From positions 1-64,000 of the forward strand of contig NIVC01001411.1 of assembly GCA_002269645.1 (NCBI GenBank): a DNA stretch of 64,000 nt, written 5' to 3'. The DNA comes from Macrostomum lignano. Taxonomy: Eukaryota. Each line of letters begins with the position of its first letter. The first letter of the stretch is position 1. The translations under genes were made by a program, and so were the position numbers. Shown in pieces: positions 1 through 10,183 of this stretch. A model generated the notes under the pieces. The model saw only the letters and a program-made list of their open reading frames with translations. It made no database searches and was not told the DNA's origin.

Positions 1-467
1 GGCGCTACGTGGGGCCTCACCCCCGCCGCCTCTGGTGGATTTACACTGCCATTGTAGACGGCCATCTCCTTCGCCGCTTCATTTGAAACAGTGCCCTAAG
101 TAAAGGTGAAAGGGGTTCTTGAGGTTCTAAATAGGGTGCAAGGCCGCGCTTGTCGAGCATTCATGAGCGCGGCTCCCTCTACGCCCTTCACTTTTATGAA
201 CTCCATATTGGACATTCCCCCTTGACCTCTTTGTTAGAGGGAGGCAATGAGACCACCCCGCCGTCTGCTTGACGCGGGTGTCCCCATCCAGAAGCAGTTC
301 ACCTTCAGAAAGCGGAACCTCCGGCCGCATGGCGACCTCAGTCTGCGAGACCTGGAAGCAGCGAGAGGCCTGCTGACCCTCTCGGACGGAATTCCGTCCA
401 CGCTCTGCCCTCCGCTCAAATTAAAAACCAGCATTCCACCACGTCATGAAGCAAGGGACAACTGGAA

Positions 468-820
468 CCCCATGAAATCCACTGCTTCACTGACGGGTCC
501 CAAATCAACTCCGCCTCTGACTACGGCTACTGCATCGTATCTGGAGGGAGAACTGTGGCGACCTTCTCCAACACACCGGCACCTACTCCACCGTCTTCCA
601 GAACGAAGTTCTCGCCATCAGCTCCTGCGCCATGGAGCTGTACAATCAGTGCATCTGGGGGAAGGAGATTACCCTCCACTCGACAGTCAAGCGGCGGTTC
701 ACGCCCTTGAGCGCACCACCACCTGCTCGCGTACAGTCCTCGACTGCATCGACTGCATAGGGTGCATCCCTGGGCACTCGGCCACCCGGCAACGAGCTGG
801 CCGATCGCCTGGGCAAGACT
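468..820 (+). pseudogene. Frameshifted RNase H domain of a non-LTR retrotransposon
   Basis: Joining frames gives PHEIHCFTDGSQ...GYCIV...YSTVFQNEVLAI...DSQAAVHAL...IPGHS/PGNELADRLGK, containing the D-E-D-D RNase H motifs typical of LINE-borne RNase H. Several frameshifts. Confidence 0.8.
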
Positions 821-1207
821 GGCTCGACCGGTTCTTTTACTGGTCGCCTGCCCGTGGCCCCCCCCCATCGCCGTTGTCGCCAATTTATTTATTTCCACCC
901 GGTGCAAGTAAATGCCGCGACCTCCAAATGGTCAAGATGGTGAGCTGCGCTTAACTGCTGCGCGCTTTCGCTCACAGCGGCAGGACCCAGCGAGGGCAGC
1001 GGAGCGAGCGTCGGCGTGTTGAGCATCGGTGTGAGCGAAATCGGCGCGGTCAACGACATGGTGCTGCCCGCTTAGCTGCAGCTGCGCTGGCCCATACAGA
1101 TCTTCTGGGTGGCGCCAGGACAGAGAGGCTTATCTACATCGAGTCCCAGCCGTACCACAGAGCACGCTACCATAGGACGCTGAACTCCCCTGCTGTCCTC
1201 AACTGTC

Positions 1208-1560
1208 GTGGGGGCCCAGCGAGAACTGGACAAGCTGGTTACTTTTGCGGCAAGTGTCGGCCTGGTGGTCAACGCGCAGAAAACTGTCATGCCCTGCGTG
1301 CCGGACGACATCGAGGCTGCAATTTTGTTCCGAGGCGCTGATGGACTGGCGACAGAGCTTCCGTGTTTTCAGCAGTTCATCTACCTTGGCGGTCTGGTTT
1401 CCGGCGTCCGCGAGGATTTGCAGCGTCGCCGCGGGCTTGCCTGGGCTGCCTTTCGTTCTGTGAGCACAGTTCTACCAGGGGGGCAGGTCCGCACTCGGCG
1501 TTTTGTCGACTGCCTGCTGGCTGACGCCAGCGCCCCCGGATTTGGTTCGGCGACGAGGCG
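1208..1560 (+). pseudogene. Non-LTR (RTE/CR1-like) reverse transcriptase C-terminal fragment
   Basis: QRELDKLVTFAASVGLVVNAQKT...FIYLGGLVSG...DLQRRRGLAWAAF matches the RT domain 6/7 and thumb region (GL.vN..KT; F.YLG; R...Aw.af). The YADD motif is absent. Confidence 0.7.
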
Positions 1561-1739
1561 TTCGTTCGCGACTTGGCCCTACGGCGTGCCCTGAGACGCT
1601 GACCGCTTATTTTGTTGTTGTTGGGTGCCCGTCCATCTGTCTATGTGAAAGGAACCAGTCCAGTCATCGATCTGAAGTTGGATGACCGAAGAAGGGATAG
1701 GGACCAGGGGCTCAGGGCCCCAGAAATGAGCCGGAGCCG

Positions 1740-2060
1740 CCCCTCTTGGCGAAGGTGTCTGCCAACTCGTTCCCCGGAAACCATGCGTGCCCTGGGATCC
1801 ACTTCAGCCTGACAGTATTGCTACTGGCCAGGAGGTTGAGCTGCCGGGTGCAGTCAGCGACTGTCCAGGAGTTCGCAGTGGTGTGGCAGAGGGTCTGTAC
1901 GGCCGCTTGTCTGTCAGAGTGGATGACGATAGTCTCTCCTCTCGTACCCTTGGCGTTCAGCTCTGCAGCGCAGGAGCTGATAGCAAGGACTTCATTCTGG
2001 AAGACCGTGGAGAATCTGCTAGTGTACTGGGCATGCGTGTCAATGACGCGGCCGTTAATG
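1740..2060 (-). pseudogene. Second non-LTR RNase H remnant, opposite orientation
   Basis: Minus frame reads CIIINGRVIDTHAQYTSRFSTVFQNEVLAISSCAAEL...IVIHSDRQAAVQTL...VRLKWIPGHAWFPGNELADTFAKR, homologous to the copy at 468-820. Confidence 0.8.
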
Positions 2061-3579
2061 ATGATGCAAACCTAAAGGGAGACCGACAATTGACTGCCAC
2101 AGGCGGCAAGCGCTTAGCAAAGGCGTCAGAAAGCCCTAAGATCACCGTGGCTCCCTTCTCCTAGCGGGAAGTGGCGTGGTGCAGAAGCCCATTGACCTCG
2201 AGGTCAAGGTGCAGCTTTGGCAGAATCTGCTCAAATTTTAGCTCACGCAGGCAGCCGAAAAAACGCAGAGTCAACTGAGCGAGACGCCAATAAAAAGGGC
2301 GACGGCCCAGAGGCTAAAGCCCACCCCACCAAGCCACCACCCCACGCACGCAGAGCCAAGCACCCCAACACAGCGCGGACAAGGGAGAGAGAGAACGTAC
2401 GCAAGGCGACACAAGGCGTGGCAGATGAGAGGGGTTTAAAACTGGTTATTGACTAGTCAAAACCAGTCACAAACCAACACAATACTCGTACGGACCCATT
2501 GCTTTGCATTTGAAAAGAAGTAAGACAGTGGCGTACTCATTTGGCGGAAGGAGGTGGCACAAGAGGGCGAGACGACGAGGTCCTCTCGATTTTTTAACTT
2601 CTGTCGAGTTTACAGTTGTAGGATCATATTTTTGCGCTAATTTTCCTTTGTTTTTGATCAACTTTTTCTGGTTAAGAATCTAGCCGAAGTTAACAAAATA
2701 TTTTTTCTTTCGCCAAAAATTATCGTAAGTCAAAATCCTTGAACTTAATCGTTAGCTGTTGCTGTCAATCATAGCCATTGACAGCTGCCTAGATGTCATA
2801 AAGAACATTGTTATTAATAAACATACTCATACGAGTAGATACGCAATTTTTTAATCCATCCGGCCATCTCTACGGACTAACGCACACGTGTAATGAAGGT
2901 CTTTGCTTTGATTGAACAGTTTTCACGTGATAATGCGTGCATGATCTAAGCTGATGGCTGACGACACCGCTTTTTACCAAAAGTGTAGTTGATACAGAGA
3001 GAGACAGGCGCGTGCTTAGTTGATAGAGATGGAGAGCAGATCATGGGGAAAGACTCTACAATTCCAGCTATCAATTCGTTATCGAGCCCTCAAACCTGCC
3101 CAATGCTTTATCGCATCCGAATAATATGCGGAGCGCCGCTTTGTAACGGCGTTGCTTTCAAGACCAGTTAGAACCGATTCGGCATAAAAATGATGTCGCT
3201 GATTTATCGCGATTCGCGCGCAATGAGCCGTTATAACTTTCCTCTTATTTCCCACCGCTGTTTCTGCCAGTTCGCACCTTCCGCCTCGGTGCGACGCTCG
3301 GTCGCAGCAACTCATCCGTGACCGGTCTCTGTGCAATGTTGTGACAAGATCAAACTTGTGACAAGTTGTTGGAACAATTTGATTTAGGAAGGGGCTCGCA
3401 AATTTTCTGTCGGAGCCTTTATCTGTCGGAAACAGAACAAAATTTACACAATTTAATTTTTTTGGATAAAATTTCTTACAAATGCTGAAGTGAAAACGTG
3501 ATTTTTCATTGTATGTCGCATATGTGATCTGATTGTCAATTTAATGGCAGTGTGAACCAAGCCTTTTGGTGAGGATGGG

Positions 3580-3792
3580 GCGAGAAAAAGCTGAAAAGAG
3601 AGAAGAGGGAGAGAGGAGAGAAGAGGGGAGAGAGGAAAGAAGAGGGGAGAGAGGAGAGAAGAGGGGAGAGAGGAGGGGAGAGAGGAGAGAAGAGGGAGAG
3701 AGGAAAGAAGAGGGGAGAGAGGAAAGAAGAGGGGAGAGAGGAGGGGAGAGAGGAGAGAAGAGGGAGAGAGGAAAGAAGAGGGGAGAGGAGAG
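3580..3792 (+). repeat. Purine-only (GAGAG/GGA/AAG) low-complexity repeat
   Basis: About 210 bp composed almost solely of G and A. Confidence 0.95.
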
Positions 3793-3809
3793 ACGACACA
3801 AACCTCGAG

Positions 3810-5130
3810 TTGGCCGGATTCCTAGTGAAGTTTCGGTTAGAGAAGCTTCATAAGCCGCATGCGTTTGCTTTTTTATGTTTGAGTTTGCTTACCCCTGATT
3901 TAAAGTTTCGCTCGACTCTGGTCAATACCAAAGTTGTGGTGTACTCTGATAGTACCGCCGCTCTCGGCATGATAAAGTGCTTGTCCTGCAGTCATCCTGA
4001 TCTCCTTCGGATCTATCAAACTGTGCCTTGGTTCTGCATTCGTGATGGTATTTGTATTGAAGCTTATCATCTGCCGGGTCGTATGCTTGGCTCTCTGCTG
4101 GATTGCTTACTTTTGCTTTCGTTTTTACTGCCATATCTGCCTTTTGCCTGACAATTTTGCCATGCACGCGCTCTCGGTGTCTCTCGCGCTGCCCTCCGCT
4201 TTCGGGTCGCCTCCGCTCTCGGGACGGCCCGCCCAGTCTCCGCCGATTTGCTCTGCCGCCTCGCCCTCGCAGACAGTTCCGGGAAATCCTACCGCAGCCA
4301 ATTCAAGGCCTGGCGTGCGTTCTGTGATCTGGCGGCCATCGATCCGACCACCGCCAGCGAGAGCGACCTGTGCCAGTACGTCGTCCACCTGGTGCAACCA
4401 CGGATCAGCGCCTTCTCGGCCCTGCGGTCTTACATCAATGCCGTCTCGGTGCCCCACCAGCTGGCCTGCTCGCCAGACTCAGCTCGAGGGGCGGCACAGC
4501 TGCAGTTCCTTTTGAGGGGCGCTCGGCGCTTCTTGGGGTTTCAGACCAAGCAGGCGACGGCGCTCGAGCCTGCTCACCTGCGGCGGCTTGCGGGCGACCC
4601 TGCGGCCCGTCGAGGCTTCGCCCCGAACTTGTGGTCTGCATTCTTACGCCGCCTTGCTGGTGGCCTGGTGGGGGCTGATCCGAGTCGGCGACCTGCTGCC
4701 GGACTCTGGAGCTGCTGAGCTGCGCTCTAGCCATCTGTCCTGTTCCGGCTCCAGGCTGGTGCTGCAGCTGTAGCGGTCCAAGACCAACCATGCAGTTCGC
4801 GGGCAGCGTGTCCACACGGTGCAGCTGCAGCTGCCCTGCCTGGCCGGCGTGGCCTGGTGCCCTGTCACAGTGCGGCGTTGCACCACCTGCGCCACCGTCC
4901 CGTTGTTCTCCTACCTCGTGGGCTCGCGGAGGCTGCATTTGAAGCCTCGTCTGCTGATCTCGCTTCTGCGGCAGGCACTGCGTAACTGCGGTTTCAACCC
5001 GTCCGCCTTCTCCGGCCACAGCCTGCGGCGCGGTGGGGCCGGCTTTGCCCTGCAGGCGGGGCTTGGCCTTGCCTGATATCATGGCCCTGGGTGACTGGCG
5101 CTCTGACTGTATGAAGCGCTACTTCAGTGA
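3810..5130 (+). mobile_element. Decayed DIRS/Ngaro-type tyrosine-recombinase retrotransposon (RNase H + YR)
   Basis: RNase H tail VVVYSDSTAA...IEAYHLPG (3810-4100). YR N-domain ALADSSGKSYRSQFKAWRAFC...YVVHL...LRSYINAV. Catalytic motifs LIRVGDLL, RSKTN, SGHSLRRGGA, LGDWRS..MKRYF are spread over frames with frameshifts and a TAG at about 4770. Confidence 0.85.
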
Positions 5131-6783
5131 CGGTGCTTCTGTGGCCCGCAAGTCTCGGACGGTCGGTCAGATGGTGTCGCATTTTTAATTTTCCCCGTCT
5201 CTACTCTGACTAACTGTCTTATCATCTTTAGGCTTGGGAGTTCGTTTGCTGCTCCCCATTTAATGCTTCGTTGCGCTATTGCCGCCTCTTGCTCGCCATG
5301 AAACGCCGCTTTGTTTGCCTCCTTGCCTGTCCATCCTCATGGTTTAACCAGGGATTTGCTGAACTGTCAAACTGTGCATGTCCTCTTGCTGTTGAGAGTA
5401 TATAGGACTTTTACCTAGTGTCAAACTCAAACTGTTTGCCGTACACCCACTCACACAGTAATGAGGAATGTTTATGGATCTACATCCACAACCAGCACAG
5501 CAGCCAACCATGAAAGAACACTGTAGTAGATTCTACTACCAGTGTGGTCCTTTAATTTGTTTCATAGCAGCTAACAAACTGACAAATAGAAGCTTGCATC
5601 TAGAGTTAACTAGAAAGACGAAAGAATTGTTTAATTTAATGAGCGTCCCGGAAATTAGTCATACCCGAACTTTTCTATTGCTGTGAGTAGCGATTAGATT
5701 TTTCAGCAGTGATTCAAATAAGCAATTCCAGATTTAGCAATTCAGTAAGATTTAGTAAATGTAGATTGATTTTTTGGTTAGAAATAGCCTTAGAAGCAGT
5801 AGGAATAAACAACTGAAGTATCATTTTGTTTTAAAGTGCTTTTAATTCAAACAGTATAGTCACTCTATCTAAGAGGTGAGCTCTTTCCCTCATTCCTACA
5901 TGTAGTTAACCTTGATATTCACAGTTAAACTAGGAATCTAACTAGGAATAGGCCTCTATGTTTGTAAGCGGGAGGCTATTGCCAATGGTGACCGGAAATT
6001 TAATCAACCGGCCATTTCGTCAACCGCGGGATTCATCAACCAGACATTACGGCAACTCAACAAATTGTAGCTGATTATAGCCGCCAGCCAGAGAATGTGA
6101 GAAGTAGTAATGCGATGTCAAATTTTTTTAGACGTGTACACTTCTTGGAAGTAAATTTTCGTAAAACATTCAGTCCTCATGGTGTCGCGCCTTGGGGTTG
6201 CATATCGTGCAGTGAACAATGCGTCGCGGGCATTTTAACATACTGGAAAATACATGTATGTTAACGTTAACGGCTAACATGACGGACGAATAATTTTGGC
6301 TTGAACTAATAAAGTCCGGTTATCGTTATGTCGGCTACAGGTCAAAAGGGCGACAAATCAAAAGGGCGACAGTCAAAAGGGCGACGCAGTCACAATATTA
6401 TATTTATTAGAATTACAATTTCACATGTATCAGAATTCCATGTGATAAAATGTATTTGTAAAAGTGTACGAGTAGTTAAAATTAGGCCTAGACTTGTGCG
6501 AGCGTGTTTGTTAAATTAGTTAAAATGTATATATACGAGTAGCAGTTGAAACTTGCGATCTGTTTTATGATTATTCTTAGCCGACTGTTGCAAAGCTTTA
6601 TAAAAATCAATGGGGCTAAAGAAAGACAGAATATAGCAAAAGATAAACATTGTGTCTTCCAGCTTCTATATCGAAACCAATAAAAAAAATTGTGCTTAAA
6701 AATGGAAACTTCAATTCCTATCTCCGTAGTGTATTTTTCGAAAAAACCTGCCTCGTAAAGTTTTCTAAGAAACGGGGTTTTCC

Positions 6784-7430
6784 GGTTTTTGATACTTGAG
6801 CCTCTTCACGGGAATCGGTTCTAGAACCAGAATAAATTCGAGTTCTAGAACCAGAACCAGTGTGAAATGAGGAGCTTCGAACCCATTCTATGTTTGACAG
6901 TTCTATGTACTTGCAATCTATGCTTAACATTTTGGAAAATTCTGCCCATAACATGCCCTTTGGACTGTACAGTTAACATTTGTTCACTTATAATTATAAA
7001 GTTGTGTGAGTTAAAAATACACCAGACCCTGAAGATGGTCATTGTTGGACCGAAACGCGTCGGAAGAAAGAACTTATTATAATCTATGTTGATTTTAACT
7101 TTTGTATTTCTCTGCCTGCTAAAGCGTGCTACCTTACCTTTACAATTTAATTTTGTCGTTCCTTGACTTTTTTCCTCTTGGAAATGACAAAAATGGAATA
7201 ATTATATAACAATAATAAAAAATTGACGATTTCAAATATATTTTACTGTTAAAGTGTAAACATGACAAGACAACGGTTCGAGAAAATTTCTCGAACCATA
7301 TTCCAGAACCAGAACCATGTTCCGGAACTGATTCTGTTTTTCGAACCATCAATATGAAGAGTGTCAAACCGGTTCGGAACCGGTTCCGTTTTTTGAACCA
7401 GCGATATGAAGAGGCTCAGTATCAAAATCC
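6784..7430. mobile_element. MITE-like element with ~25-bp imperfect TIRs and GAACC(G/A) subterminal repeats
   Basis: Left end GGTTTTTGATACTTGAGCCTCTTCA. Right end reverse-complements to GGATTTTGATACTGAGCCTCTTCA. Repeated agaacc/ggttc motifs inside both ends. No TSD recognised. Confidence 0.6.
7025..7063 (+). ncRNA. Minimal type-I hammerhead ribozyme motif (Penelope-like element end)
   Basis: CTGAAGA(7029-35)-t-GGTC-loop-GACC-GAAAC-GC-GTC. Conserved cores, stem II, palindromic stem III (ACGCGT) and GUC cleavage triplet. Stem I is only 2 bp. Confidence 0.6.
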
Positions 7431-8466
7431 ATATTATTATTCTACATAATATGTAATTTTCAATATAATAAATCAAAATTCTAATGAATGTGAAAAGTGG
7501 GGTATGCCTGGATGCCCAATCATTATGACTTATGTACCTAATTCCTATAAATCTGCCACTTTACAAATTAGCAATCAAGGATTCATTAAGCATTGTTTAT
7601 AAAGATGGCAATATTTTTATATTGATTAGGTTATTTAGGTAGGTCTAATGCTTAAACTAGGCCTAGTTACCCTTTTTTATAATTTTTGGCGTTTAGAATT
7701 TTGGCATTGCTATAGGCCTATTATCTGTTTTATAATCTTTGTTTTTGATATAGTCTTTATAGTTGTCTTTTTAAAAGTTTTTTTGTTGTATTTTGTTTTT
7801 ATTTATATATATAATATAATATAATTATAAAATGTATTTACATATTATTACTAATATATATATTTATATTGCCATCACAAACTTTTGAACAATAGGCTAT
7901 CAAACTCGTAATAAAGCAAATTAGAGCACCTTGCTATACAAATCTAGTTTAAAGCAGTATATTATACTTTTAAAATGACTTTGAATTTTGACTAGATGAT
8001 ATATAAATTGCCATTGTTAGCATGTACATTTTCTATAATTGTATAGTAAATACTATGTAGCTATTTTAACGTAGGGCCTAGCATATATTCATACTTTTTA
8101 GAAATAATCCTAGAGCCAAACTCTAGCTCTAAGCTAAGCTAATCTTAAAGTGATCAATTTTTCAAAATACTAAATATTTGTTCTGTCTCTAGTATAATAT
8201 TTAAAGATTCTATGCTAACTTAGCAACATTAAAAAGTTGCTACTATACACTAGTAGTGAGCAATGTCTTATGCTATTTTGAAATAAAAGATATAAGAAAA
8301 CTGAGATATAGCTTTAATCTGTCTCTTTATTGGAATAAGTTAACAAATCATGGATTACTATCCATTGCATTTTCAATATTTACTAGTGTTATGTTAAGTA
8401 GATTTAAAAGGTAGGTAGCTGCATTATGGTAAAGGGCAGCATGCTTGGGCACAACCTAGGGATTCA

Positions 8467-8485
8467 CCTGGCCATTTCTATTGGC

Positions 8486-8521
<36 letters not shown>

Positions 8522-8533
8522 GACACACACACA
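8467..8533 (+). repeat. (CA)n microsatellite
   Basis: Run of CA dinucleotides. Confidence 0.95.
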
Positions 8534-9167
8534 TGTAAGTCGCTATTGGACGGAAGAGTAGTCAAATGTGACTGCTATCAGCCAATAGCAACTTACATGT
8601 GTGTATTGCCAATAGAAATGACTGAGTGATTCCCAAGGTTGCGCATATATGGAGGGCAGTATTGCATGTTGCAGTGCATTATAGTCAATAGGTAGTGGCA
8701 TTAGAAGTGTAGTACATATGCAAGACCACAGGAGTAACATAGTTGTCATTCAAGACTGAGTAGAGTTTCAGAATGTTTGTACAAGACTTTATTGAATGTC
8801 TATACAGAATGTCTGTACAAGACTTTTTGTATTTTATTTTCTAGGTTTTTTATTTGCCATTATTTGTCATTTTCTGCCATGCTTTGTAATTTCTGTCTCT
8901 ATGGGTTTTGAGACTTATTCCAATAGGGATCTATCAAATCTTTGCAAACTGCAATCCCCCACTTCATTCCTTAACCCAAATCTATCACAGTGTAGCTAAG
9001 TTATATCACTTGCAAGACTGAAAGACTTTATCTGCACTCTCAAAAGTGGCAACCACAGACAGAATATTCTGTGATAGTGACTTTCAATGTTGCTGAGTAT
9101 AGATATTAACTATAATGGTAGATAAAGGTCAATATCAACATTAAGTATTAGTTATTTATTTAAGTTG

Positions 9168-9205
9168 CTGATGCATTTCGTCTAATATTGCACATCTTCA
9201 GGGTC
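9168..9205 (-). ncRNA. Degenerate minimal hammerhead motif (Penelope-like)
   Basis: Minus strand GACC-CTGAAGA-tGTgcaatattagAC-GAAAT-GC-ATC has the same layout as 7025-7063, with palindromic ATGCAT and a weakened stem II. Confidence 0.45.
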
Positions 9206-10183
9206 GAAATTTATTTGAACCAAATTATTTAATGCAAACAGTATATATAGTGAGTGGAGAGAAGTATGAAAGTACATGTAATTTTGATGGTTTAAAGCTT
9301 GCACATATTAATCGAAAGTGGAAGCATTATTGGTAGGGGAGAGTGCATGTTGGTTTCATTCTAGTCCAGTTATTAGCAAGGTAAACGCTGCATATTTTAG
9401 CCCTCAATTGCAAAAAGGTTGCCGACCCCTGAACTAAATGTTTTTTTATAAGCCATCAAATTTTACTGATTGTAAAAGCCATGTGATGTGATCACTCAAA
9501 ATTGGTCTCATTTGTTGGTGGTGTGGAAGAGCCTTAACTTATAAAATAGAGAAGCAGATTTTCAAGATATAAAGTGAATTTGAACCTTTTTGGCATCTAA
9601 ACTTGACCTTCTTGTATGCCAAAAATTTTGTGCAGCCTTGGTTGAGTTATAAAACTCGTGAGTCGTGACCTTTGATACTCTCTGTCTCTGCCTTTATCTA
9701 CCATCAACTATCAATCAATGAGTCAATAAACATAAGTCTCGGCTTTTTCCACATTTGATGAATTTCTCACCATAGCAGTAGCAGTGTGTGTGTGACAGTG
9801 AGTACTCTGACCCGATTGAGCTGGTGGGCAATGTTTCTGCGAGTGCGATACTTATGGGAAAGGCCTGGTGCTAAAAATAGCCACTCTAGTTTACTAGAGA
9901 TTTCTTCACATTTATTACCCATTCTCAGGCGAGAGTAGAAAATTGTGGCGGAGAGTGGGGCGCTGCGGCACTCTCTTGCCTAATGACTGCGTGCCTGACT
10001 CTCATTGGCTGGCTGTTTGGCCGTGAACCCTTAATAGGTATAATAGAAGCCTTGCGTAGCTTCGGTTTGTTGAGGCCTTTGCTTAATACTCGTGTTCTAG
10101 AAATTTCTCTGCTTGCTTTACACATAAATAAAACATTTCCAGCTCGTGGTCGAATTGATCTGACCAATCTCTCCGACTTTTCA

